Shown here: one piece after another, positions 13,771 through 27,008 of the stretch | Position numbering within the stretch: the stretch's first letter is position 1 | Layout of the letters: each line of letters starts with the position of its first letter | Source of the DNA: Antedon mediterranea | Lineage: Eukaryota > Animalia > Echinodermata | DNA length: 64,000 nt | Assembly: GCF_964355755.1 (NCBI RefSeq) | Contig: NC_092672.1 | Location: 20,845,237-20,909,236, forward strand | Direction: 5' to 3' | Notes under the pieces: model-generated | Told to the model about the DNA's origin: nothing | Seen by the model: only the letters and a program-made list of their open reading frames with translations | Database searches by the model: none | Made by a program: the position numbers and the translations under genes

Positions 13771-16700
13771 TTGCTACCTTTAAGAAGAATAGTGAATTAA
13801 TTCGCTATGGTTATCTTTGGCAATTTGCCTAAATAATTATAAAAAATAAATTAAAAAATATAAATAATTCATCTATTTTGGTTGCAGCATGTATCTGAAT
13901 AAAGTGAATACTTACAAATATCCTGCGTTGTTTCTTTCAACATTTCTTTGTTACTGGCATCTGGTGTACACACCGTTGTTTTAACCATTGCATCTGTTAT
14001 TATATGCAATGGATTAAACCTGACAAAATGACATTATATAATTATAAAAGAATGTTTGCATTAATAATAAAACAGAAAATAATTTGATGGTATACTGCAA
14101 TTACATTGTTTTTACGTTGCATTAAAATCTTATTTTAAACCCTCAACATACCCAGAATACTAAAGGGCCAAATACTTCAACAACCAAACAACAATTTTAA
14201 TAGTAAATTTTAATCAGATGACATGATCAATAAGCTGACAAATGATGATGATGTACACATTGTGACTTACTTTTTTATGTTGTTTTTCTTGATTTACAGT
14301 TTTTAATATTTTTTTAAAACCATATTTAATGAGGGTGATCCATCCAGCAATTGCTGATCATTAGGGACCCTCAGAGCTAGGTTCACAAGACAAACAAATA
14401 CACAAGATGCTCTACATAAACAAAGTCTTATTACAAGTCTTTGGGAGTGGAGGAGTTGTAATTGTGTCCTTAGAAAAATAGGAATGTGAGTGTGTGTGTG
14501 TACCTGGTATGCTTTGCCATTCTGCCTGTGATGTTGATTTGATTTAATAGCTAATTTGGACAGAGAGTAAAGTATTACAATTAGCTTTCTTAACAAGAGC
14601 TAACTATTCTGTGCCACCATTCATTAACGCTGTGAATTTAATCAATTTTGATACAAAGATATTTAATGAACACTAACCAATGAATTTACTTCCTTTATTT
14701 ATAATATAAATATTATATGGTTTAACCCCAGGCCTAAAACCATCTTGAAACCTTTAACCTTTTTCCGTAATTCCAGTATGAAAACTGCTATTATGATGAT
14801 CCTAGTAGGCTATGCCTAAACAGTATCTAGCTAGCTATAAGCCTAACTTGTACTAGCCTAGGCCTGGTCCAGCCTTACCTGTTCCTCCTCCTATCTATTA
14901 CTCTAGCACCCTTTTTGTCTAGTATAGCCTTAGGCCTACATCAACTTACATAAGTAGGCCTATAGACAGACACTATGCCTAGTTAGTAGTATTTAGTATT
15001 TAGGCCTAGGCCTAGAGAAAGTAGTTAGTACTAGTATAGCCTTAGGCCTACATCACCCTACATAAGTAGGCCTACAGACACTTAGGCCTAGCTAGGCCTA
15101 GCTAGTACGTAGTATTTAGCCTAGGCCTAGGCTAGGCCTAACAGGCCTAATTATAGTTTAGTAGCTGAGTGTACCCACCCTTACATTTATTTCGCCATTT
15201 TTTTCTAACATTCACTGTTCTATAAATTATTAATTACCATAAAATATTACCGATAACAAACGTAACAACATGTTCACCCCATATAAATACATGTATCATT
15301 TTGAGAACTTTTTTTGATGAGCCATCATGCCATCACACACGTGTGCTGCTGCTGAATAAGGGTGGGCGACTCTACATTCTATGACCTGGATCTTGAGAAG
15401 TACGTACCTGGGAAATGACAGCAAAGACTTATGTATTAATCAATCCAATTTTTAACATTGTTTTATTGTAGCCCTACATTTTAATCTTTTTATTAATGCC
15501 TCTTGCCATTTTTATGCCATTATTATGTTTTGTTGTCGTTTTGAGGGCCCCATAAACAATATTACAACAATTAAAAAAAAACCTTAACAACTAATATATT
15601 TTTATATTATTTTTTACACAGACTACCTATTTTTATTGAAAAATTGTGTGTATTTTTACCCAAATTGCATGCTTAGAAAAATAAGTTGTATGCCTATTTT
15701 ACTTCTGATAGGCCTGTTATCGATTTATAGAAAATAGTGCATACGTTAGTTGTGGGGGTGAACACATTCCTTTCGTTGTTTTAACCAATTAAAATTAAAT
15801 ATTAAATGACAATTAAATTAAATTAAATGACAAGCGAAGGTTTGGATAATCAATCGCTTAATGCTCATACAATCATAATACACTTTATTATTATTTACTT
15901 TATTTATTATTACTAAATTGATTAAACCTAGGAAATTTCGTTTAAAGATGTATTGTCCCCCCTGAAAAATAATTTTTAACTTTAACTTTTTCAATATGCC
16001 ATTTAATGTCACATGATAGTTATCCACTTTTGGATAAATTGGATCTAAAAAAATGTATTTAAGCAAAAATGGTCAAATTGGCTGCCAGCCAATGGATTTT
16101 TGGTTGAATTTAACCATTTATTATGTTATTAATTTTATAAGTGAAAACATTTTTTTTTTCTACGGAATTGATTAACTTTATTAAAACTACAAAATAACCT
16201 ATTCAAAATCTGATTTAATTAATCTTCATTTTTCATGTTTTTGTGAGACAACTACTAGCAACATCTTTTAGCAAGACAAACATTACCAATGATTTTAGTT
16301 AAAGTAGGCCTACTAGTATAACAGAACAGACATAAAGGTTGCATTTGTTTCCTAAAATAGCATTTACACAATCATAGGCCATCTTTACAGGCCTACTGTA
16401 AACTCACTATCACTTCTAAATACACTTTGCTAACAAATAGTATATCAACACTTAAATAAACGGAGAGTGTTTGAATGTCTGATAACTGTTATCACTTACG
16501 TTCCAAAATATTGGTGGCGTACTTGCCGCTTTGTTGTGTGCCATGACAAGTTCAGTTTTGAAATTAAGGGCTTAAATAATGAGGCAGACCTGTTAAGTGA
16601 AGTTGTTTATTAATATATTTGTAAGTTGCTTTTCTTGTTGACATGAATGTTTTTCAATTGTAGTTGCTGGTTATGATATTTTTGGACTAAAAAATGTGAT

Positions 16701-16817
16701 TTATGAACTGGTATGTGAAATCTATATCTATATGTACTAAAATATAAAACGATCAGTGACTGTTGTTGAGGTTATGCGTCATGTGAATGACTTCATAGTG
16801 TAGGCCACAATCTTATT

Positions 16818-16921
16818 GGCCCGTATTCATGACATCTTTTGCCGATTTTAATACTGGTTTAGTCCAGGACTAAAGATTGTCCAGACTAAATCCAGAGATA
16901 GTCCAGTCATTAATACGGACC
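16818..16921. mobile_element. MITE, PIF/Harbinger-like
   Basis: TIRs GGCCCGTATTCATGAC / GTCATTAATACGGACC. An inverted copy with shared flanks lies at ~62515-62620. Confidence 0.65.
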
Positions 16922-17879
16922 TTACGGGTCTTAGAGTAGACGTAGCAAATATTAGAATTATTATATCAAATCAAATAAACATTTATTACTTCTAATCAAA
17001 GTAAAAGTTTAGTTGTCTGCGTCTTTTTATGTGCGTACGTTAAATTATATCAAATAATAATATGTCAAATATATTTTATTTTTATTTTGTCCAATATAGG
17101 CCTACAAATTAAATAATCATCAATTGGTCATTACAAAATATAAAAATATATAATCTGGTTATTAAAAATTGTATTATATAAAAATGTTTAGAAATATACT
17201 ATTTAAAAAATGTGTTCCGGTGTTCTCTGAATAAATAAATTATCAAGAAACAATGGACTGTGGAACAAACGACACAGCGTTAGGCTCGTTATCTAACGCC
17301 ACGAACGTGGCGTAGTAAATGCCTTCACACGCAAGGCGTAGGCTACGCAATGCCTACGCCATGGCTTACGCCCATACGTGTAAACAGGCTCTAACCTACG
17401 GTAATCCGTAGCGAGTCAAGGGCCGACATTCCAATGTTGTATGGCCTACATTTATGACAAATGTGCTTACGGTATTATGAATGATTACTATAGCCTAAAA
17501 TCTCATTTTGTCTGTGATTATAATTAACAAAAATTAGAATTATTATATATCAAATCCAATATTTAATTCTTCTAATCAAAGAAAAAGTTTACCCATCAGT
17601 TGTCTGCGTCTTTGTATGTGCGTGTGTCAAATTATATACAGTACAAATAATTTAAATAATATTGTAAATCATATTTCTTTTTATATATTTTTTCCAATAT
17701 ACATAACAAATACATTATTTTCATTAATACCAAATATATAGAAACAATATAAAACCTGGTTAAACATTGTATTATTTAAAATTGTTTCAAAATATACTAT
17801 AAGAAATAATGAAGTGATCCGGGAGTGCTCTCCATGAATAATAATATAGCAACAATGAACTGTGTATAACAAACGACTT

Positions 17880-18474
17880 ATTAAAGATGTAACGTGTACG
17901 GATTATGGATGGAATAACGCTATCTTCTTTGTGAAGCATAATGATACATTTTGCAGAGAACACATGCATCCTGACAGCCTTCAACGACTCGGTTTGGTAG
18001 CATTCTCCAAGCAAATATTTGCATGCCGTTTACGTGAGCGATTATCTTTTGCCGTTTCATGGTCAATTTTATAGATGAACGTTCGGCTACATACTGTACA
18101 AACAACATCGGTTGACAGATTTCGCTGCCGTAAATCACTCCCTGGCACGATAACAGGTGTTTAGCAAAAGCGTTGACTTAATTCAAATTTCTTGGTGTAT
18201 CCATCATTTCACCTGTTTGTAAAGTGCTCTTCAAAGTCGTCTGTAAAGTTACAACGTACATGGTGACGTCCTTGAAGGCAAATACCAGTCTACCATCACT
18301 CTCGGCAAACATGAAAATCCTTTAGGCTTCATGAATCGAAACTGGTACTTGGATACTCATTACACGATCTTAATCGTCGGGACGAAACTCTTGAATCTGT
18401 TCCAACTCTTTACCATCCCACATTGCTTAGTACATTGAAAAAGACTCTGTTCTGTCGAATACTATCGACATTCA
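17880..18474 (-). pseudogene. Decayed intronless ORF (~200 codons, several in-frame stops), unknown family
   Basis: One frame reads MNVDSIRQNRVFSMY*AMWDGKELEQIQEFRPDD*DRV...CQDACVLCKMYHY.. with isolated TAA/TAG stops. Confidence 0.45.
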
Positions 18475-18701
18475 TCTTCTGTCATTATGATGATTTTGAA
18501 AGCCATTAATGAAACAAAAATTATAAAAAACTATTATTAGGTATATGTTTATTATATATGTGAGGAAAGCACGCAAGCTATGTTTCAACAATGCTGAAGT
18601 ACAAATTATAACAAAAAACGGAAAACGAACGCTGGCTCCTCCTCAAGTCGGTTATGTTCCTCATCCCAGCATATAAAGGGATTTTCACGTTCTATCGAAT
18701 G

Positions 18702-19418
18702 TCAAAGTCGGCCGAATAACAAGAAAAGAATGGCTGTCTTTAGACAGAACCTTTCAGAAATGCGTATGTCGTTCAGAATGTCCGATGGACTGAATGTAGC
18801 ATATTCTTGTATGAGCTCCGGTGTCACGTGGGGATGTAATTTCTTCATGGTAGATTTATATTCCTTTTGCATAGCCATCTGTGCATGGAGGTATACCTCC
18901 ATGATCTGTGTGGCTGCTATAAAAGACCTTGGATGACACAAGAGTCCCTGTGGCACATTAATGTTCTCTATGACATCGAACAGAGTGTTTGGTAGGAAAC
19001 TGTCTTTTCTATTCATTTCACGTTTAATACCACCCAGTACGTTATGATACATGTTTAAGACGTCGATGTTTGCGTTTTCTATAAATTCGCCAAAATCAAC
19101 CTTAAAGTCTACGCTCTTGATGCACTGCCAAGTGCTCCTTTTCAGTTTCAATATCGGTTTTCTCAACAAATCTTCTGGCTGTGCTATAGTTTGATGCATG
19201 AAACTCAATACTTTTCGAAATCCGTAAATCTGCTCTGGGAACAACGTGCCATTGATTTGATTATCGTATACAGATGTATACGATAAATATTCGTAAAACG
19301 ATGAGTGCCTGGATCTATGCAATTCATAGCCTCTGGTCAACACAACTCTTTTGCAAATCTCTTCAAAGTATTCTATGCTTTGAGTTTTCTGCTTTTCCTT
19401 TTCGGATCTTAGCAACAT
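18702..19418 (-). CDS. Intronless 238-aa orphan ORF, possibly of viral origin; its 5' extension is interrupted by a MITE
   Basis: Long, non-repetitive, protein-like ORF in AT-rich DNA. The frame continues upstream across the MITE with one TGA. No motif recognised. Confidence 0.5.
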   Translation of the reverse strand: MLLRSEKEKQKTQSIEYFEEICKRVVLTRGYELHRSRHSSFYEYLSYTSVYDNQINGTLFPEQIYGFRKVLSFMHQTIAQPEDLLRKPILKLKRSTWQCIKSVDFKVDFGEFIENANIDVLNMYHNVLGGIKREMNRKDSFLPNTLFDVIENINVPQGLLCHPRSFIAATQIMEVYLHAQMAMQKEYKSTMKKLHPHVTPELIQEYATFSPSDILNDIRISERFCLKTAILFLLFGRL

Positions 19419-19445
19419 TATTCCTGTTTGGGATCAATGTTCTAA

Positions 19446-19604
19446 AGCCGATTTTCCACTAGGCGAATTTGTTCGCGCGAATCGAACGCGCCAGCTTGTA
19501 CGCATGTGTATTCATGTTTACGTCTTCCAAATCCTTCTCTACGCATGCGTATTAGCTGACGCCTTCGATTCGCGCGAACAAATTCGCCTAGTGGAAAATC
19601 GGCT
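19446..19604. mobile_element. MITE, PIF/Harbinger (Tourist)-like
   Basis: TIRs AGCCGATTTTCCACTAGGCGAATTTGTTCGCGCGAA and its reverse complement; TAA TSD on both sides. Confidence 0.9.
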
Positions 19605-20389
19605 TAACACTGTTTTACTACCGTTTCCATATCGCTTCCCCAGGCATAACGAGAAAGACCATCGATGTGTTAATAGTTTAGCTATTTTAATTTAATGTTT
19701 GTTTCATTATCAAGAACAGTATTGCACGCACCATTGTCAATAATATTATTACAACCGATTTCTAATACATTTGTATGCTTGCATCAATCAAGGCGCTTTC
19801 ATGAATTTCAATTTAACATCATCTCCATCTTTGTAAGAAATCAAAAAAAGAAAACAAATAATTAAAAAAAATTAAAATACGATTTATAGTTTGTTATTAC
19901 AGAAATATTAAAACATTGTAAATATACGATAAGAGACACACATCTGCATACGACATTTTTTTTCTTTTTTGGCTAGAAAGTTTTATTTAGAAAACAAAAT
20001 AAGAACACGATGTATCACAAACATACGATAACAGGCACACATCTGTATACGATAATCAAATCATGTCGCATACGACAAGATTTCTACCGACATAGGCTCA
20101 CATACTGCCGGGTCTACATTACATCGTTGAAAGCACTCATCCGATAATACGGGAATTGTTTCTGAATAACCAAACAGAGTGGGAACGCACCTTCCTATGT
20201 TTTCACCCTCTGAGAAAAAGCAATGAGAACCAAACAGGCTGCATCCATCATTGTCAGGTACAAGAGGCCACTGATCATTGATATCAGATCTATTTAAGCT
20301 ACACGTTTCTAAAGAATTTTTATTTATATTCTATTCTATAAGTTCGTATAGGCGCCCTACAATGAACAGAGCGCCTAACAACACTAGTA

Positions 20390-20852
20390 GGCCTATTATT
20401 AATTAAAGAAAAGTTTTTGATGTTTAAATAGAGTTGCCGAATTCGACAGGAAGCGCGTTATGTTCCAGATCCGCGGAGAGGTGATAGAAAAAGTATTGTC
20501 CCCAGCTTTCCGATTAGATCGTGCAACGAAAAGTCGGGTGGGATCAATTAGAGGAGAGAAGTCGAAATAAAATGAAAGCGGATCACGGTTAAATAAAAAA
20601 AGGTATAAAGGAAACAGAGTAAATACATTTATGAACAAAAACAATAATTTTGTACACGATTCTTTTTTTTATATGAAGCCAATCGAGATATTTCAATATA
20701 AACCATCCGAAGGCTGATACCGTCCACACGCAAACACAGCCTTGTTTCTGCAATCGCTGTAATCGTTTAAGATCAACTTCGCGGGCACGGGCGTGAGCAC
20801 CAAGCAAGAGCGAGTTAGCATAGTCAAGGCGGGACAGGATTTTGGCATGCAT
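20390..20852 (-). mobile_element. L2/CR1-group LINE ORF2 3' fragment, degenerate
   Basis: HAKILSRLDYANSLL..LKRLQRLQ..LDWLHIKKRIVYKI.. and ..GDNTFSITSPRIWN.. match the C-terminus of L2-type RT proteins. Confidence 0.75.
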
Positions 20853-21356
20853 CTTTAAGCGTGGTTCCCACTAGAACGCAACGCATGTATCGACGCAATG
20901 TGCTGTATTGCGTAATCATAAGTGGGAACCGACGACGCAATAGTGCTGCAAACATCGTATGTTTGATTTCACGCAGGCGGGGGCAAACACAGTGATTGGA
21001 AGGGCATTTTTAATATATTTACGACAAATTACGGAGTTGGTAATTCAATGACTTGCATAAAGCATTTACTTGAGAGGACATATTCAAAGAGCTATCAAAC
21101 ATCACACCTAGAGTTTTTAATACATTTTGAAGGACGAATAATAATATTGTTATCTAATTTTAATTCAAGATCTGGTAGCGCGACACGAATACTTCCAAAA
21201 CAAAAGAACTCAGTTTTCTCCTGATTTAACTGTAACATATTAGCCTACTAATCATCCATTTATTAATTTTGGATATGCAGGAAGTCAAATGTTTAAGTGC
21301 ATTTTGATAATCATTAACAATTTTGGGTCTGTATATCATCGGCATATTCATGAATT

Positions 21357-21606
21357 GAGTGGAGCTGTGGCTTGGTGGTTGTGATGCTTGGCTACCAATC
21401 TAAGGGTCCTGGGTTCAAGTCCTGTCATATGTCAGGGTTTTTTTCTCATGACAATTTACAACTCCACTCCCAAAGACTTAATAATAAGTCTTTGTTTATG
21501 TAGAGCATCTTGTGTATATGTTTGTCTTGTGAAATTATTAAATAGTTTATCCATCCTGTGATTGGCGGGTTACTCGCTGTTGGATGAGTATGAAATAAAA
21601 AAAAAG
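21357..21606 (+). mobile_element. Near full-length tRNA-derived SINE with poly(A) tail
   Basis: TGGCTTGGTGG box A, GGTTCAAGTCC box B, ends TATGAAATAAAAAAAAA. Confidence 0.75.
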
Positions 21607-21619
21607 AAAAAGAATAAGG

Positions 21620-22459
21620 ACGTTATGATTACGAATGATATCACAGATAGGAGATGTATATAAGATAAAACCCAAGTATTAAGTACTACGATCTGTAAAG
21701 CATGAACTGTACCACGATTTAACCGAACCACATTATACCAACAAGTTGATCTAACCTTTGCAAAAATAAATCATACCGTCCCATCGATCGCATTCATCAC
21801 AACACGTCACAATATGAGTACCGTCTTTAATGATTTAATGCACGCCTATTTTTCGTTTTCTCTGATGCATGCGTCGTGATATGATAGAAAACGGCCATAC
21901 ACCGTCAACGTACACTGATCCAATTCCGATTCACATTTCGCAAAGGTACAGTAGTGAAAGAGTTGTTTCAACAGTTTTGTTGTTTCCATGCGTCACAATC
22001 GGTTCTAATAACCAGGAAAACCAATATCTTGTCGCATCATAAACTACACGAGACATGCAGACGTGATGAAAATGTTTTTGAAAATCCACTTTGTATAGAC
22101 GCTTTTATGATATATGGCGAAGGACGGGATCTGCGTTTTCAAATTGTACGAACCTGTTCAATTTGGTTGGAGCAATAGATTGCCAAGCACTGGTTGCATG
22201 GCTGTAACCGCCAATGATGCGTCGTGCTACTCCGTCTATACGTCGTAAAGAAAAGGATCCTTTACTCGTCACGTGAATCGTTCATTTGCTCTATCCACAA
22301 GCTTTGTTGTTTAAATCTGTAAAAATACTGACTGTTGACCAGTTGACTGTTTTGTGTAATCGAGGTAGCTTTGTCCAATAGTTTATTGTCTGTTCTGTCA
22401 AAATATCAACGAAACGAGTCGGAGGTATTCTGTTCGGAATGTCAACGTCGGCGACCATC
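21620..22459 (-). pseudogene. Decayed intronless ORF(s), unknown family
   Basis: MVADVDIPNRIPPTRFVDILTEQTINYW... reads as protein-like for >200 codons with scattered stops; higher CpG content than host introns. Confidence 0.35.
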
Positions 22460-22486
22460 AGTTGATTTGAGATTATTGAGATTTTA

Positions 22487-23310
22487 GTAAGAACAAAGAA
22501 TATATATCACAAGAATGAGTATTCCGCGATTTTTGCATGATAAATTTGTAACAGAAAGTGATGCCCGCCCTCAGATGGGATGCGAATGTATACAGACTAA
22601 ATAAGACTTGATTTAATAGAATATTATAGGCCTACATGTCACATTATGATTAAATAGAATTAGGATAATATATTTTGCAATTGTAAAACATTTTATAATG
22701 CATATATAATACCAAACTAGTGTACATTCACTTCTACAGACAATTATTTACTACCATGTTAAATTAGTTCACAAAAAGCCTAACAGCAACACAAAAAATC
22801 AACGAAGCGTTACTCAGCACGGCCTATTCTTTACCATTGCCGCGTACTAACCTACGCCCGGTAAATTAAGTATTGTTTTTAAGATATAAATTAGTATAAA
22901 ATACATGTTATTAATAGGATACAATGTTAAATTTCATTAACATTTATTTGTTTTACCAGAAACAAGTTAAATATAGAAATATTATTAAACTATCCTTCGT
23001 GAAAACGCGTAAACACCAATTCACGCCCGGTTGATGAAGCGAACTGTTTATTCGGCAGTTTTTAATACATACATTGCATGAAACGAACAATTAAATATCC
23101 AAACAGCATTTAACATGATGTTGGCATGTAGTTGATAACATTTTTTATCATGAAAATACTACCGGTGGTGCAGGCTTAGATTAGTGTAACCGTCACAAAA
23201 AGTTGTATCCATCCTTAATTATGGCGGCGCCCTACTACATGGACAATATTACTGTTACAGGGAAAATTGCGGATTACTCATTCTTGTGACATATATTCTT
23301 TGGTAATAAC
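22487..23310. mobile_element. Non-autonomous TIR element (~820 bp)
   Basis: CAAAGAATATATATCACAAGAATGAGTATTCCGCGATTTT (~22495) is the reverse complement, with few mismatches, of AAAATTGCGGATTACTCATTCTTGTGACATATATTCTTTG (~23263). Confidence 0.6.
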
Positions 23311-24019
23311 CATTTTCGGCTCAGCTTTTGCTGTTTCCCCCAATGGACTGTCAATAATGGGCCTAATAATTACAATAACAACAACCCTTGTACCACAGAC
23401 TGGTAATACATTAAATCCCCTAGTTTGCATCATTTGCTGAGCCATAAACTGCATTTCTCATAAAGCACAAAATAAATTAATATAGTAATTTTCTGATAAT
23501 TTCTTTGAAACATAGCAATCTATTATAACAAACATAGCTGATGCACTACACATGATGAATAATTCATAATGTTTGCATAACCTACCTACAGAAAAAAACA
23601 TTTACAAAAACTATTATATTAGATTGGTATTCTTCTTTCAATTTATTGGATTTTTAAACTTCATAAAAATTGCCTCAAAATTGCAGATAATTTCCATCTT
23701 AAAATACCAAATGTAGTTAACCTAATATTGTGGCAGCAGGTAAAAGTTGTGTAAACAATTTAATGACTATCAGCCTGTACACAGCCAGCACTCACACTCT
23801 TTAGGTGAACATGTCCTCAATATATAAGTAAATTATATAATAATATTTATATATTTTATTTGTTTATATGAGTGACTAAATTGTTATCAGTATTGTAACT
23901 GTGCATTATTATTGCTACTATCACTATTGTTATCTGTTAACACACTTCCACCTAAAAATCCCACATCATATAAACACACAATATTAAATGTGTTCATTTT
24001 TACAATTGTCTATATACAA

Positions 24020-24210
24020 AAATAAATCATCTTATTCACATTTTATTTCATAACGTATATAATATAATGGACAAAGCTTTAACAATAAATCATCTTATTC
24101 ACATTTTATTTCATAATGTATATAATATAATGTACAAAGCTTTAACAATAAATCATCTTATTCACATTTTATTTCATAACGTATATAATATAATGTACAA
24201 AGCTTTAACA
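24020..24210. repeat. Tandem repeat, ~63-bp unit x3
   Basis: AATAAATCATCTTATTCACATTTTATTTCATAACGTATATAATATAATGTACAAAGCTTTAAC repeated. Confidence 0.9.
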
Positions 24211-24562
24211 CTTACAATATTATGAAAGTAATTAAAATTAACTCTCAATGATTGATTGTAAAAAAAAGCATACACAAATATAAATTTGAAAAAAAGACAA
24301 AGCAACTAAAAACTAAAACTAAAAAGCACTTGAAATAAACTACTTTGAAATAATTAAATAATAAAACAGTAAAAAAAAAACATACACAAACATAAATTTG
24401 AAAAAAAGACAAAGCAACAACTAAAAAGCACCTGAAATAAACTACAGTGAAACAATTAAATTCAAGGTAAAATCCTAGATAAAAACAGTTAAAAAAATCA
24501 TTATTGGCTAAAAATTTCTGAGTATTTCAATACAACTAATACAGTTTATGGGGTGTTGTGTT

Positions 24563-27008
24563 CACAGTGTGACACTGCTTTATGTTATAACTCACAAATA
24601 ATACAGTTGTTCCCATTGTGGCAGTGTGACACTGCTTTATGTTATAACTCACAAATAATACAGTTGTTCCCATTGTGGCAGTGTGACACTGCTTTGTGTT
24701 ATAACTCACAAATAATACAGTAGTTCCTATTGTGGCAGTGTTACACTGCTTTTCCTCACAATAATACATTTGTTCCTAATGTGGCAGTGTGACACTGCTT
24801 CATTTTATAACTTACAAATAATACAGTAGTTCCCATTGTGGCAGTGTGACACTGCTTTGTGTTATAACTCACAAATAATACAGTAGTTCCCATTGTGGCA
24901 GTGTGACACTGCTTTATGTTATAACTCACAAATAATACATTTGTTCCCATTGTGGCAGTGTGACACTGCTTTATGTTATAACTCACAAATAATACAGTAG
25001 TTCCCATTGTGGCAGTGTGACACTGCTTTATGTTATAACTCACAAATAATACAGTTGCTCCCATTGTGGCAGTGTGACACTGCTTTATGTTATAACTCAC
25101 AAATAATACAGTTGTTCCTATTGTGGCAGTGTGACACTGCTTTGTGTTATAACTCACAAATAATACAGTTGTTCCCATTGTGGCAGTGTGACACTGATTT
25201 ATGTTATAACTCACAAATAATACAGTTGTTCCCATTGTGGCAGTGTGACACTGCTTTATGTTATAACTCACAAATAATACAGTTGTTCCCATTGTGGCAG
25301 TGTGACACTGCTTTATGTTATAACTCACAAATAATACAGTAGTTCCTATTGTGGCAGTGTTACACTGCTTTTTCTCACAATAATACATTTGTTCCTAATG
25401 TGGCAGTGTGACACTGCTTCATTTTATAAGTTAAAAATAATACAGTAGTTCCCATTGTGGCAGTGTGACACTGCTTTGTGTTATAACTCACAAATAATAC
25501 AGTAGTTCCCATTGTGGCAGTGTGACACTGCTTTATGTTATAACTCACAAATAATACATTTGTTCCCATTGTAGCAGTGTGACACTGCTTTGTGTTATAA
25601 CACACAAATAATACATTTGTTCCCATTGTGGCAGTGTGACACTGCTTTATGTTATAACTCACAAATAATACAGTTGTTCCGATTGTGGCAGTGTGACACT
25701 GCTTTATGTTATAACTCACAAATAATACAGTTGTTCCCATTGTGGCAGTGTGACACTGCTTTGTGTTATAACTCACAAATAATACAGTTGTTCCCATTGT
25801 GGCAGTGTGACACTGCTTTATGTTATAACTCACATATAATACAGTTGTTCCCATTGTGGCAGTGTGACACTGCTTTGTGTTATAACTCACAAATAATACA
25901 TTTGTTCCCATTGTGGCAGTGTGACACTGCTTTATGTTATAACTCACAAATAATACATTTGTTCCCATTGTGGCAGTGTGACACTGCTTTATGTTATAAC
26001 TCACAAATAATACATTTGTTCCCATTGTGGCAGTATGACACTGCTTTATGTTATAATTCACAAATAATACAGTAGTTCCCATTGTGGCAGTGTGACACTG
26101 ATTTATGTTATAACTCACAAATAATACATTTGTTCCTATTGTGGCAGTGTGACACTGCTTTATGTTATAACTCACAAATAATACAGTAGTTCCCATTGTG
26201 GCAGTGTGACACTGCGTTATGTTATAACTCACAAATAATACATTTGTTCCCATTGTGGCAGTGTGACACTGCTTTGTGTTGTAACTCACAAATAATACAT
26301 TTGTTCCCATTGTGGCAGTGTGACACTGCTTTATGTTATAACTCACAAATAATACAGTTGTTCCCATTGTGGCAGTGTGACACTGCTTTATGTTATAACT
26401 CACAAATAATACAGTTGTTCCCATTGTGGCAGTGTGACACTGCTTTGTGTTGTAACTCACAAATAATACAGTTGTTCCTATTGTGGCAGTGTGACACTGC
26501 TTTATGTTATAACTCACAAATAATACAGTTGTTCCTATTGTGGCAGTGTGACACTGCTTTGTGTTATAACTCACAAATAATACAGTTGTTCCCATTGTGG
26601 CAGTGTGACACTGCTTTATGTTATAACTCACAAATAATACAGTTGTTCCCATTGTGGCAGTGTGACACTGCTTTGTGTTATAACTCACAAATAATACATT
26701 TGTTCCCATTGTGGCAGTGTGACACTGCTTTATGTTATTACTCACAAATAATACATTTGTTCCTATTGTGGCAGTGTGACACTGCTTTATGTTATAACTC
26801 ACAAATAATACAGTTGTTCCCATTGTGGCAGTGTGACACTGCTTTATGTTATAACTCACAAATAATACAGTTGTTCCCATTGTGGCAGTGTGACACTGCT
26901 TTGTGTTATAACTCACAAATAATACATTTGTTCCCATTGTGGCAGTGTGACACTGCTTTATGTTATACCTCACAAATAATACAGTTGTTCCCATTGTGGC
27001 AGTGTTAC
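24563..27008. repeat. Minisatellite, 57-bp unit x ~43 (unrelated to the 8-11 kb unit)
   Basis: CAGTGTGACACTGCTTTATGTTATAACTCACAAATAATACAGTTGTTCCCATTGTGG repeated. A variant unit with a deletion occurs at both ~24750 and ~25370 (higher-order duplication). Confidence 0.97.

Larger units (their letters stand above)
6272..13801 (+). repeat. Segmental duplication, direct copy of ~35577-41933
   Basis: Exons and introns are nearly identical over several kb. They differ mainly in minisatellite copy number and a ~1-kb deletion. Confidence 0.95.
6328..14520 (-). pseudogene. ROCO (Roc-COR)-like gene, copy 1, damaged. Exons ~14504-14520, 13916-14019, 13089-13202, ~12549-12662, ~11981-12147, ~11175-11264, ~7304-7489, 6328-6480
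   Basis: GT-AG exons translate MAKHTR/FNPLHIITDAMVKTTVC../..HIWDFGGQPIYHVIQR/IFMVSYAVVCVVFNM../LHDIGEILFY../IWKDESDEMIIFFVSLMQTFG. Two exons present in copy 2 are deleted, and an LTR interrupts the intron after the last visible exon. Confidence 0.8.
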
